A model generated the notes under the pieces. That model was not told the origin of the DNA, did no database searches, and was given only the letters and a program-made list of their open reading frames with translations. 46,424 nt of DNA from Catajapyx aquilonaris (Eukaryota), in the NCBI GenBank assembly GCA_000934665.2, contig JYFJ02003122.1, positions 1-46,424 on the forward strand. The letters are read 5' to 3'. This document shows, piece by piece, positions 12,412-26,300 of this stretch (position 1 is the first letter of the stretch; each line of letters starts with the position of its first letter). A program made the translations under genes and the position numbers.

Positions 12412-12488
12412 TCAGCAGCTCAAGTTGACTTGATTGCAGGGCAGTGCTGGTGACGATGACCTTTGACCCGGTGGGGAAACCATGTCTC
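12412..12488 (-). CDS. cic: cic probable terminal coding exon ([25 protein letters not shown])
   Basis: ttttttcag acceptor, phase 1 matching the upstream donor, TGA at 12414-12412, followed by a long UTR-like tract with no TEs noticed. Confidence 0.7.
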
Positions 12489-15400
12489 CTGAAAAAACCC
12501 ATGCCCATCAGAATTACATTCATCCAGTATCCAGTCTTACATATCAAGATACCTTCGGATTTCAAACAAATGGGTCTCATAAGTGGTAGTTATATCTTTA
12601 AACGTTAGGGCACCATGGTGGCCGAGTGGTTAGCACCACAGCCTTCCACCTCTAAGGTCCCGAGTTCGATCCCCAGGTCGGACAGAGGATACTTCTGTGG
12701 ATCGAGTTTCGATGGGTTCTCTCCGTGCTTGCGCGGGTTTTCTCGGGGTTCTCCTGTTTCCTCCCACAATTAAAATCCATCACAGAGCAGGCAATGATTA
12801 AAGACGGTATTTAAAAGATGATCCCATAAGAGGCCCAAGGAGGCCTATCACGGGGAATCCATTATTTATTATTATTATTATATCTTTAAGTTCTTCAGAT
12901 CGTAGGACCTGACTATGCAAATGTCAGTCATCAAACATGTAAGACCTAAGGCAGGGCCCTGCAGAGGGGGGGGCAGCTGGGTACACTTGCCCCGGGCCTC
13001 AGTACAGCCAGGGGGCCCCGCCAGGGGCCCCAGGCCAGACTTATTCAACCAGCCGACAGAAACTTACTGGGAAAAATACCCAATCCAAATGGCGTCTTAA
13101 CATATTAGGGCCGAATCATTTCTGGAGGCCCCATTTCAATAGTGACTTATAATTCACAAATTTTGGCAAAAATAATAATAATAAGCCAATTTGGGGCCCC
13201 TATTTAGGTTGGGGACTCGGGGCCCTATAATTCAATACCGGCTCTTAAATGGCAATATTTTCCAATAGAAATTCACCAATTTGGGGCCCCCTGTTTCAGT
13301 CGGGGGCTATTGGAGCCTCTCCATATGCAAGGATTCGATCAGACATTCAGACTTGCCCAAACATTCACTAATTCTCTCACCCTGAAAATGCAACCACTCA
13401 AGATGTGGGGAAAAGGAAAAGGGCTTGCCTACATAGAGTACAGTTCTGTTTAAAGGGGAACCTAGCCGAAATTTTGAAGGCCTTAAAATGAGCCCTTGGC
13501 GAATATTGTTTTTGGTTAGTAAAAGTGGTCAAAACCCAATGAACATAATTACGTACATCAAAAGACGGAGGAAGACGAGGAGAATGCAACAATAGAATTA
13601 GCTTTACTCGAATATGTAACCAGAAAACCGTGTGTCATTCCATCGGTCACATATCTCATAATTTGGGCCCCCTAAAATTAGTGATGAATCTGCAAAACAT
13701 CCCTCATATTTTACCTGGTTTCAAATTGAACATAACCTTAAACCTTAGAGCTTATGGTGGTCAAAACTCATGTCACGAAATATGACTGAAGTTACGCAAA
13801 CACATCGCTAATAATTATCGGAGTCCAAGTTCTTGGACATGTGACTGAGCATGTGATGAATATAGAACGAATGGCACACGTTTTTCTGCTTACATTTTTG
13901 AGGAGAATGTGTTAATTTCATAGTTCCATTTTTTAGTCTCTTTACTTCATTTGTTTACTGGGTTTTGACCAATTCCACTAACCGAAAATGTTCTTCCAAA
14001 AAAGGCCTCAATTTAGCAATTTCCCAAATTCGCGAATTTATCCCCCCTCACGGTATTGAGCAATATGGATGAAACTTGATATTTAGCATTATGGAATGGT
14101 TGTGCACTTCTGTGTTTATTTCCACCAAAATCCGAGAGGGTCAAGCAATATTTCGTCCCACTTGATTCGGAATGACCCCAAGATTTTTTCGAGGACTTTG
14201 GTTCTTTGACAGCCACAATTAATGTTGAAGACAAAATTCAGACAGAGTGATAGGGCATTATGAGTTACCAGTGACCTAAGGAACATACAAATGGCGATTA
14301 ATTTCCAAGAACAAAAATGTTGATTTTTGTTACATATTGTAATTATTATAAATGCCTCCTGTCGGGCATTAAAACCCCTAATTAATTAAGATACTATGTG
14401 TGCAAGAGGAGCCATGACATTGCAATAGTAGGGGCTCGGTTCCCCAACACCCTATTTGTGTGCATTTATAGCCCTTTTCCTCTTTTCCACATCTCCACTG
14501 GTTGCATTTCCAGGGTGTGCATATTGTTCTGTGCTTGTGCAAGTGAAATCAGTTGGCTATACCTACTGGCGCATCTCATTGACTGACTTTGTACATTTTA
14601 TGTCGTTATAAGAAGGGGCCTCTAACATGATCCTGCCCCGGGCCTCAGACAAGCTATGCAGGGCCCTGACCTAAGGTGAACTTCAGAACTACCAACCTAC
14701 CATTTTCAAGTCCAAAACTGTTTTTAGTTTCAGGCAGAAAAACTAACAGGAGTATTATAATCACTCGATAAACAACACCTAATACGGTAACACTGGGTAC
14801 AGCATCTAAGAAAACTACAACCCCAAATTCTGTCAATTGGGCAGAAAGTGCAACTTGTAGGTGACTTTCTAGTGACACTGGTTTATTATCTCTAAGACAA
14901 CCTTTCTGATTTTTTAAAAATATTACAAATTGTCATGAGTAATGGGCAGTCCCAGAGAGACCTACCTGGAGTGGCTGGATTGTCTCCTCCAATGATACCT
15001 GCAGGAGTAGCTGGGCTCGACCCGGTGCTTCCTCCTACCCCTCCACCACCCCCACCACCACTTCCACCTGGAGTAATGCTTGATTGCGCCATTAGTTTCT
15101 GCCTAACCTCCCTGATCTTAAGCTGGAGGCATAACTTATTTGGAAAGATGTCCATATGCTGGGTCTGGAAGGCTGTAGTAGCCTGGGTGGAGGGGAAAAA
15201 TCCATGGTCCTGAAACAGCTGCAAGACTAGCTGGCGCCGCTGCTCCAAAACCTTGCGATGACCCTTCTCTGAACTCTCTCTGCCACCGCCTGGAGTCTTT
15301 GGGGTGTGTGGAGAGCGAGCCCCAGAGACAGCATTCGGGGAGGTTGATTCCACTGCCTCCAACAAGTCACCACCTGGACCAAGAGGGAACATAATATTAC

Positions 15401-18400
15401 TGTGAGTAGACCTATGTATTAATGTACAAGGGCTTCCAAATAGAGTAACTGGCCTTTGAATGCTTCCAAGTTAAAGTCAGGTCCAAAGAAGGTTGTCCCA
15501 GTCAGTTTGACTGACTTGGGTGTGCCTGTAAACTGCTCTGAGTCATCATCTGCAGCTGCATATGAATATATAAAAAAAAGGAAATGGTAAGACATGAGGA
15601 AAAATCATTTCAACACGTGATAAATGAGAGTTATGTTGTAAGACACTGACCAGACGTGCGCCTCTTCTTCCTGTAGTTCTGCACAAAAACTCTGGGACTG
15701 GAAGGCAGAGAGAGTGTGCTGGGGGACTGGCATTCCTCAGGATTGAATTCAGGTAGACGAGAAAACTTCTTTTCAAAATTCACCTGCTCCAGAACTCTGC
15801 CATGAAAGGGAAACATGCATCACATGAGTCCCAGCAATACCTGACAAAACTGCAAAAAAATAACAACATACTTGTCCATCCCATCCTCAACATTCTTCTT
15901 AAAGAAGCTCCTCTTCGAGCCTGGGGATGGTGGCACTGCTTGAGATGGTGCCATCGCTGATGGAGACTCAGCCACCAGGGTAACAGGTGCAGCTGCAGCA
16001 ACTGGAGATGGCTCCGGGTTGGACACACTGACTGGCGGTGACTCGGCAGCATTGGTGCCTCCGCCACTACCGCCTACGGTTATGCCTTCGCAGAGAATAT
16101 CTTCCAATTAGTGATAAAATAAAGTGATTCCTCACAATCCCACTTCTTAACAATCGAGGCGCAAGAATGGAGGGTGGGGTAACAAACCTCCGGACTGGCG
16201 CCTCTGCAGTGGCGCCTTTCCTAGCTGTGCTGGAGTTGGTGCAAGGACAAATGCTGGGGCAGATGAATCAGGTATGTCTGCAGCTGGCCTCATGACGTTC
16301 ATCGAAGCAATTGATGTAGATGCAATCTTGGAGTCTTGATTGGCAGCAGCAGGATCAACCTCCAAGGTATTTGTCAGTGGGAACACTTCTCGACCAGTTG
16401 GGTTACCAGGCGGTGGTATGCTGGCCACAGCTGCTTTCACCCTTTGTGGTGGTGGCCTCTGAGATTCCAATGTGTTACTTGTAGTTGGTGGTGGAACAGG
16501 TGCTTTGAGACTGACTACACTAGCATAAAAGTGTGGCGTCTGTGTTGCAACTGTTGGGCTTGGGACGGATGATGCCGACTGGCTGCCTACTAGCACCTGT
16601 GAGGTGGCCATCCTTGGTCCTGAGGCAGATGACGACACAATGATGGCAGGTTGGCTGCCTTGGGCAGCAAAGGTGGTGGCACACACCATGCCACTGCTAC
16701 TGGCACTGCCACCACCTGAGGTTGCCACAGCAATTGATTTGGTCACAATGACACCAGGGGTACTCTCCATCAGGTGGTGTTGACTCGTCACTAAGGATAA
16801 GTGAAAAGAGCATAGAATGAGAACACTGGCCAAAATCTACCCCTCAGAAAAATACCAACTGAAAATCTGATTTAACTCACCAGGTATAGTCCACTGCAAG
16901 TTGGAGTGTGGGATGACTACATTCTGCACCTTCCCTCCTGCCTGGGCTGCTTGAACTATGTACTGAACTTGCCCCTGGGGTGGGCCGGTAGCAGATGACA
17001 CTGGCTGCTGCTGCATGCCAACCTTCCCATGTTGTGATGTCGCTAACTTGTGTACCATGTGGTGATGATGAGTCGTTGAATCCAATGCTACTAGTGGTTT
17101 CACAAGTGAACGACTCACAGGTGAGGGAAGGGCGGCAGTTGCTGGCTTCAGAACCATATTCTTGAACACTGTGGATGTAGGTACCAATATGGCACCACCC
17201 TTGCCAGCCACTACCTTCAGGTTACCAGCCGAGGTGGTAGAACGTCCATCTTGGTACTTCGCAGGGTTTCCAGGAGAAACTACCTTCACTTGGTGGCCTG
17301 AAACTAGTAGGCCTGCAGATGCCAAAGCTGACGCTGAGGCAGGACCAATGACCTGTGAAGGAAAATAAGACAATGGCATTTGTCCTGCACACTGAAAAAA
17401 TATAATGCATTAACATCATTAATCCATTTGTCTGAAACTTACCTGAAGGCCAGTGGATGCCACCTGTACGGAGGGTGAAGTAACAGTCGAGGATGGCAGG
17501 GTGAGGGTGGATGACAGGGATTGGGCTAAAGAAGTGAGATCAGCCACCTTTGACGACATGACATCAGCCTTAGCAACAACCTTGGGTGAAAGTGGCATGC
17601 TCTTGAAGGCACCTCCAGTAGGCTGGAAGCCCGATACACCTGATGGGTTCATTGGGGAGAGGTATGGTGGGTGGTGAGGATGGGGGTGATGAGGATGGGG
17701 ATGATGCCCAATGGATGCAGACATACTGCCATCTGTGGCATTTACTCTGTTCAGTGATGGCTCCCCACCTCCAATATCCCCTGACGAAGAGGAGGAAGGA
17801 GGGCGGGCTTTGATGGGCTTAGGTTTGAAAGTGATATCGGCTGCTGTCTTAATCCTGGAAACTGGACTGAAACGCTGCTGTGGAAATGCCTTGTTCTCAA
17901 TCAGGGCTTCTGAATCACTCTGCGAATCAGAATCACAGTCTGAAACTTTTTCCTTGCACTTGAGGTCAATCTCTGAGACATCTTCACATATCACCTAAAA
18001 ATAATAAGTAATTCAAGATTAAAATCATAATCAACTGAAATCTCCTTCACTTACCACTCAACAGTAAAATTTTCCCCAAGATAGAGTGGCTTCTGCATTG
18101 TAAACTTTTCCAATTCAATTAGTTGCAGAATGTGGTAGCATCCTCTGAGGCCACAAAAGGCTAGGATTTTGACAGAGTTAACTCCCTGTAGTTAGAGGCT
18201 AATCCACCAAAATTAGGTAGCTGGCATAACTCCTTAGTTAGCTAGCTCTAACGACAGCTCATACAATGCTTACCATTGTTAATTATGGTTTCCATATTAA
18301 CAAACTCGCTTTTGTTCACACAACCGGGCCTTAATCAGACTTTACCCTCATTTGACTTGATACAATATATTGGCTCATAAACTGAATGTCACTGCATAAA

Positions 18401-20328
18401 TCTGCAGGTCATAAACACAAAATAATTTTAATCACCCCATAGTCATGCGTACCATGCGATCGTCATCTGAGAATTCCTCTGATGCAGCTTCCTTCCGTCT
18501 AGGTGGCACCCTCTCTTGTTGCACTGGCTGTGGCTGTGGTGGCAATGGTAATGCTTCTTTTTCCTCCTCCTCTTCTTGATCCATAGGCTCTCCTTGTGTA
18601 CTGTAATCTAATGCCTGAGCACTAGGAGAGGCAGCTTTGTCTTCCTTTCCTGCATTCCCTGCTGCCTCCATTGAGCCGGCTTGCCCTAAGGTTCCCTCCC
18701 CACTCTCCTCTGCAGAACTCAATCTCCTCCTCGCAAGATTACCATGTGGTGCCGATTCTGGTGCTTTAACCCCTGAACTAGAGCTTTTCCGTCTGTCCTT
18801 GCTGCACCACTTCCAGTCTGGGTGCGCCTTGAAGTGGGCCTCCTTGACTTCTGATGCTAATTCATGATACTTCTGCTTCTCCTCTCTCCCCAGTGCATAC
18901 CACCACTCGCCCAGAATTTTAGATACAGTCCGGTTGTCTTGGTTAGGATGGCGCTGGTGTACTAGGGCACGGTGTCTCTTGCTGAAAATCATGAAGGCAT
19001 TCATGGGGCGCCGAATGCGGTCTTTGTCCTTTGATTTCTGGGGAGACTTAGGCTCATCTTTCACTGGGAGTGAACCTAGAGACTGAGTGCGGCGCTTGGC
19101 CCCTGAATGGCCTAGCGGCAGCAAAGGAGATGCTTCAGTAGGTGTTTCTGGCTCAAACACATCGTCGTCATCCTCTGAGGCTGCAGCCTGAGCAACATCT
19201 GATGCTCGTGGCGTTCCCTGTGGTGCATCATCATCATCAGTTGGTTTGGTTTCAGCAGTCAGGCTCAAGTCGGTGGGAAGTGGGTCTGGGAGCTCATGAA
19301 ATGAGGAAGGTTGGTGTGGCTGAGAAGGTCGAGGAGATGCAGGTGATGGGGGAGCTGGGGAGTGGAAGGGAGAGGATGGATGGCCCCTGGCACCAAGAAT
19401 GGGTGGGGCAGACTGAGGTGGTGAGGGTGCCGAGGAAAGGAAGTGACCTAAAGAAGGCCATGGGTACACTGGGACATTCTTTCCTTCATGGGCACCTGGA
19501 ATAAAATGCACGAGAGCATTCATTAGTTAAAAAGCTCAATAAATTCACTTCCCTCACCATCACATTCAACTTCATTGAGAATCTGCTACGTATCAACAGT
19601 TCAAAAAGAATTGTCCCGTCGCGTCGAGCGGGCAGCCACCCGTCAAGATGAAAAGAACCAGTTAACTGGTTCCTTTCATCCTGACGTGTGGCTGCCCGCT
19701 CGACGCTCAGGGACAATTTTTTTTGAACTGTTGATACAAGCACTGTTCAATTTGACTGACTCAACACTGAATATCAGTGATTCTTAATGTACTATTGATC
19801 AGATTTTCATTTAATTACACAGGTTTCCACAGGTGTACACCAGGTAGCAAACAGTTACCCTGAGCTATCCACCTCTACTGCATCATATGGTCCACTATAT
19901 CAGAAGAGTGTGAATACACTAAAATGGCTTGTCATCTTTCATTCCGCAAGAAAGCTGTAGTGTCTGGATAATATCTCCCTCACACTAAGGCAAAAGCAGT
20001 GTAATTGAATGTTGCAATATTTGCTGTCGGTAACTCCAGGATATCTGCAATTTTCTCTGCCTAGCCTGCACTTTCTGAAACCCAGCTGCCACTTAGCTAA
20101 TATTTCAAAACAGGTAATAGCAACATACATTGAATTTTTAAAATATCAACTCTTGAATAAATTATGTGAGAACCTTCAAGATATTGTGTTGTGTATATTT
20201 CAAATCTCCTCTCTCCACAACAATCCTCCTCCATTCCCTATGTTCATGATGGTAAAACGCGTGGCTGTCTCCTCACGCCTAGGTACATTTCTTTGTAAAA
20301 TACTGTTCTAATTGATTTTTGCACTTTC

Positions 20329-20390
<62 letters not shown>

Positions 20391-23300
20391 AGGGTGTACA
20401 AAAAAGAGTATCGGGGTTTCATGTGGTCATTGTGATTAGGTAATTGGCTGTAGAAATATAAATCCTACATGAGATGAAAGAGCAAGTTTCAAAGATTCAT
20501 ATGGGATGCGCCAAAGTTGTTCGCACCCTCTCTTGGTCACGTGACAACCCCACTTTTCAAACATGGCGTCTCCAGAAAGAGTTTTGTGTCCTCCAGTTCG
20601 CGAAGTGCAAATCGGTAGTTACTGTTCAGAGGGCATTTCTGTGACAATTTGGAGGTGATCCCCAATCCGACCACAACATTCGGCGGTGGTACAACCAGCT
20701 CTAAGAAACCTCTGCAAAGGCAAGAGTACGGGACGCCCGCGTGTGTCAGAAGACAATGTGGAAAGCGTCAGGGAGTCCCGTACTCTTGCCTTTGCAGAAG
20801 TACCCTGTCTCTTGGCTGGTTGTACCACCACCAAATGTTATTGTTGGATGGGGGATTACCTCCAAATTGTCACCAGAAAGCCCTACAGTAACTACCGATT
20901 TGCACTTCGCGAACTGGAGGACACAAAACGCTTTCAGCTCTGGAGACGCCATGTTTGAAAAGTGGGGTTGTCATGTGACCGAGAGAGGGTGGGAACAACT
21001 TTGGCGCGTCCCATATGAATCTTTGAAACTTGCTCTTTCATTCACATAGGATCCATATTTCTACAGCCAATTACCTAGCCACAATGACCACATGAAACCC
21101 CCATATTATTTTTTGTACACCCTGTATAATAATGGATACCCTGTGACAGGCTTACTTGGGCCTTCTTGGGATCAGCGTTTTAATAACGGACTTTAAACAT
21201 CGCCTATGCTACCATAGGTTTTGATTGTGGGAGGAAACGGGACAGCCCTGAGAAAACACACGCAAAGAAGGAGAGAACCCAGAGCCCCTGTCTGTCTTGA
21301 GATTGAACTCAGGACCTCAAAGATGGAAGGCTGTGGCATGAGTAACTACACCACCATTCCACACTGATTGAGTTTTGTATTTTTGGATCCATTATGGTGA
21401 GTTATATGGTGAGTTAACCACATAAATTTGCATGATAAATGTAACTTGCACAGAGTAAAAGGCAAAGCAAGGTTGATGGCAACTTATCGTGTCCTGTCTT
21501 AACCTCAATCACTAGCAAATATACATTACACCGTGAAAATTCACATGGAGCAGAAATTGCCAAAATAAAACGGAGTAATAAATTATGCCAGAAAATTTTG
21601 AAATTAATCAGAGACCAAGCGTCAAGTGTATCTTTTCCACCATCATGTGTACCTACAGCTTCTGAGCCAGTTACCCCACTGCACTAATTTTGTTTCTACA
21701 AGTGACACAATTTCCTACACAGCATAAAAGGTATTTTACCACTACTGTTTACTAAACTGGTCTCTCACATACTATTGATGCTGCTTACAAGGTACTAAGA
21801 CCAGGATAATTAGACCATATAAACCAAACAAGGGCAGAAATGCTATGCTTTTTGCAGTTTGCAAGTTCTGTCTGTCAGTATCCAATCCAGAAGTTTCTGG
21901 CAATGGCAATACAAGTCTCTACCATTGAAATCACGAGAAGAATCTTGAAACGACGAGAAGAATCTTGAAACGACAATCACGCTTAATGAAACAATAGCAC
22001 TACTATTAGACTATAAAACAAGACTTGCATATCACATTAGCATGATTAGAATAGACTTTCTCTCATTCTTTCAAGTAGACTTGTTCGGATACAGTCACAG
22101 GAAAACTGGAAGTGGCGAGTCACCAGAAGTTGGCAATGACACCCATTTTGGTAACGCTTAATCCGAATATGAAAACCGTTTGTCGCTATCTTTTGCGGCT
22201 GAGGCCCTGATACCTGTCCACAGAAGAACAGACAGACAGCCGTTCTATAAGACTTTTTTTCGATGATGAGAAAAAGTCTAAAATCAATGAAACTCCAGGA
22301 GTCTGTGATTGCTGACGGTCCATGGTTTGTTAATAAGGTGTGAATGTGTATTGTGAGGGCCTCATCTTTTGACTACGAGGTGTGATCCAAAATTTTCCGG
22401 GCTTTTGATATACCGTGCAAACCAGTAGAGGTACGAACTTGTGACGCTAGGGGGCGCTAGATGCACCTTTCAGCTATTGGTCTGAAAAATATCACTTTCA
22501 TAGGTGCACATGTTTCTGAGTTTCGGCAGTTTTCTTGACACCGTGTTCTTGTGTTCTGCGATTTTTCGAAATGGCTGATGTTATGGAGCCAAGGATTTGC
22601 GTCAAATTTTGCTTCAAGCTCAAAGAAACTTCGCCTGCAGCCCACCAAATGCTGACCAAGGTTTTTGATGACCAAACTGTAAACCAAGCAATAACATACG
22701 AGTAGTTTAAGCGCTCTAAAGATGGCGGACCCAGTTTGCAGCAAAATCAACTCAATGCAGATCATTTTCTTTGACATTTGAGGAATTGTGCATATGGAGT
22801 TTCTTCCACGTGGTGAAATTGTCAACAGGAAATCTTACTGCGATGATTTGAGATGATTTAGGCTGAAATGGCCAGAAATGCAGGAGAACAGAGGCTGATT
22901 GTTGCACCATGACAATGCGCCTGCACACCCCTCAAGCGTAGTCAGGGACTTCCTGACAAAAAACAACATGACCACGGTCCCCCACCCTGCCTATTCATTT
23001 GTCCTGGCTCAATGTGGTTTCTATCTCTTCCCTAAAATGAAATTTGGGTTGAAAAGGAGGCATTTTGACTCCACTAAAGAGATCTAAGCAAAATCGCAGC
23101 AGGTGCTGAACATGCTACAGTCGGTGATTTTTTTTGGGGTGCTTCCAAAAATGGGAAATTCGCTGGGATCGTTGTATACGAGCCCAAGGTGACTACTTTG
23201 AGGGTGATGGAGACAACTGACGGGCTCGGGAGTAAACAATGGTAAGGGTATGGGTTTTACATATCCCTTACCGTTGTTTACTCCCAAGCCCTTCAACTAT

Positions 23301-26300
23301 AGTTCGCTCAAGAAGTCCGGTCACAAAAGAAGTCCTGGACAGAAGAGTGTGCCCACATTTTTTATACATAGGATTTTGGGCGTTTGGTGGGTGAAACAAT
23401 GTGCCAGGACAGGCTAGTTCTTGCCCATTGGTGGGGAGAAAAGTGAAAGGTGACGACCACAAAGAGAAAGGAGAAGGGAGAGACGGGGTGGGGGGCTCAT
23501 GGCCACGCCTTTTGTGAATGGACTTCTTGAGCGAACTGTAGTCTGAAAATGAGTTTTCCCCCCGGTGGCAGCAGCAGTCCAGAGAATTTTGGATCACACC
23601 TCGTATATGACGTGTCATTAGAAAAATGCAGAGAGTGAATTGCCAAGTACCAGCTGATACAGGCCACACTTAGAAAAATTAACATAACTACAAACTAGTA
23701 AGTAACATTATTTTAAAAATGTGCAACATTCAGACAACCCATTTGCAATGCTTTCTGGATGTTCCCATTATCTTGTTTCTACCCTTGGTTTTCTGATTTC
23801 AATGAAATAAAAACAACACAAAAAGTAACTGGTGTTTGAAACAAAATGGATGTGAGATCCTTGGAGACTGTATTCCATTCCCCTGTAAGTGCATGCAATC
23901 ACCATGCAGCTTTAGTTTGTGGGGCTGCCTTTTTTTTTCCTCCAAAATAACCAAGTCAAAGTGACAACAGAAAAAAATAAATCAGTAGAACCTACTTGTA
24001 CTATTGTGGCATAAGAAAGATGGGGGTGATGTTGACGACCCTCGACCAAAGGGATGAAGGGGTGAATGGGGGAACGAGGAGGGGGGCCTGCCAATGCAGC
24101 TAACACTGGTAGGCATCCGACCAGCCCCATGAAGCAAAGGTAAGCATGCTGCAAAACCAAAAAGGGGCTGTGGTATAGGTAACAAAACAAGCATTGTGCA
24201 CATTTTGACACCAAAAGAATACACCTTTAAATAGAGAGTGTGGTACACTTAATAAGTTCACACCAATAATGGAGTAGGATAAAATGTGACATTAGTTATT
24301 CCAGTCTTCTACACAATTTTCTACCGGTATGGCTTGATGTGTACATGGCATTGGAGCGTGCATGAGTGACTGAAATAAATAATCAATGTTTCACAGAAGT
24401 GTCAACTTAGGCAGCATACCACCAGGTGAATGGACCTAGTTCATGGAGCATCTCTGGAAGGACTTTCATAATGGGAGACCGAATGTGGCAGGGGTAGAGG
24501 CACGCTGCACCAACCTACCCTATAACCTAACCTTCCTTGCCAGTGGATACAAGCCTATGCTTCAGCAGATACATGCCTAGGAAAGTAGGTAAAAGTGTGG
24601 GGTCTCCTGTTATGAAAGCGATGCTCTGTGTAAACTGAGGAAACCTGAAGGGCTGCCAGTCCCTCCCCAACCCCCTGTTGTCACTTCTCCTTCAATACTA
24701 ATATACGATTCCTTAATTAGCACAAGATTACCCTCACATGAAAGTAGAAAATTATAAATATTCCCTGCAAAGTTGACTTGGAATAATAAGTCAAGAAAAA
24801 TTTGACTTGCCATTAATAACCAAATGCTCACTTCAAATTTGTACCTAGATCATATGCTGTCCTCCATTTAATCTCCAATAATACAGGAAGATCTGTCTAC
24901 AGCAAACATGTGTCACTGAGGAAATATTTTTCAATCCTGGCAGTGAAATGGCATTTCCCATGTCTTCTTGTCAGATACTAAGGAAACTGTCTAATGCAGA
25001 AATGGATAAAATTTTTGGGTCCCTCAATAAGGGAAACCCTGTACATAACAGAATTAATACTGCATTAAAGGCCGTTTCACATCTTTGGTGAACAGGGTGT
25101 CAGGACCCAAAACTTTCTATACATGTGCCTGACCTAGTGACCATTTGTGGCAACCCTGCCGGGGGAAGGCAATCCTGTAATTCTCCACTATAAAATACCT
25201 CTCTTTCGACTGTAACCTCTGAGCAATACATGTGTGTTGTCCCCAGTCCAGAGTTTCATTTACCGAACCCAGTACTTGAGCTCGCCAGGTCAGTACCATA
25301 GTATGGTGACAAGGGTCTGGGGCATGAATGGCATATATGTATGAAAAACTGCCCTTATTGGCAGAAGTGGGCAACTGGCCCAACAAATTTGGGGTTCCAA
25401 AGGCATGCCCACTTGGGCCACCAATTCCGACACTTGTTAACGCTAAATCAATTTATTTTAGCTACTTGAATGTTGTTCAGTTGGCTACACAATTTCTAGT
25501 GTGAGAATAACAGTCCCAAAAGAACTGATCCTGATATGAAAAATGTTTTGGGCTAACAAACAGCCATGAAACCATAAATCATCACACATTCCTTCGGACA
25601 GGCCTGCCGCCACAGCTCTGTAGCCACTGTTTCACTTTTAGGAAAGGTACAACAAAACCTAAATGGTTTTGCATGACTCCCAGGTTCCCCACATTAGGTT
25701 TTGATCATGTTTCATCCACAGTCATCAACAGTGTGACCACATTGATGTCCAATATCATTCCAAAACTAACCTTGAATGTCCTCTTCAGCTGGCTTCCCCT
25801 CTGATGTTGCGCCCATAGATGCTGTAGTTGTTCTAGCAATAATCTGCGATCTCACTATTACAGGCTGGAATGAAGATGTGGGCACCGAGGTCGCTGGTAG
25901 TACAGTGGGTGACCTTTCCTCTGATGGGTACTGAGATGGGCGCAAACCTGGGTGGTGGTGATGGTGTGGATGGTGTGAAGGAAGAGCAGGAGGTGGGGTT
26001 TGCCTGTGCTCCTCCTCCTCAGCAGCTTTTGGCCCCTCCCCTTCCCTTCCATTCCCTCCTGAGCGCCTGACAAGGCTGCTCCATCCAGGTGAGTCCCGGA
26101 AATACTTCTCGCCTGACTCCCCTGCAGCCTCCACTGCATTGAGCAGATTGTAGTGAGCTGGTCCAAGTGGTACAGGAGCAGGAGGGGCAGTGCGTGGACT
26201 AAGCCTATCTGAGTCAGGCTGCTCCACTAGGTAAATGGTCCTGCAAAATATGGAAGTGCAAGTTAGTTTGACTGACTTAAGAAATTCATTCAGCTGGTGA

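Noticed and set aside
6500..12412. Overlapping 3' UTRs of the convergent 7B2 and cic genes, or a hidden gene between them
   Set aside because: The candidate polyA signals (6790 or ~9013 on +, 10049 on -) do not overlap, and the ORFs here are short, AT-rich and motif-free.
12608..12682. tRNA-like sequence (also at ~31851 and ~43436)
   Set aside because: A and B boxes are present, but each continues into a SINE body and tail (two of the three with clear TSDs), and no clean cloverleaf is evident.
24220..24248. LYLKVY peptide superficially like the Drosophila N2 motif LYLQCLL
   Set aside because: Only three residues match, the ORF starts at a non-ATG codon upstream of the acceptor, and the position differs from N2.
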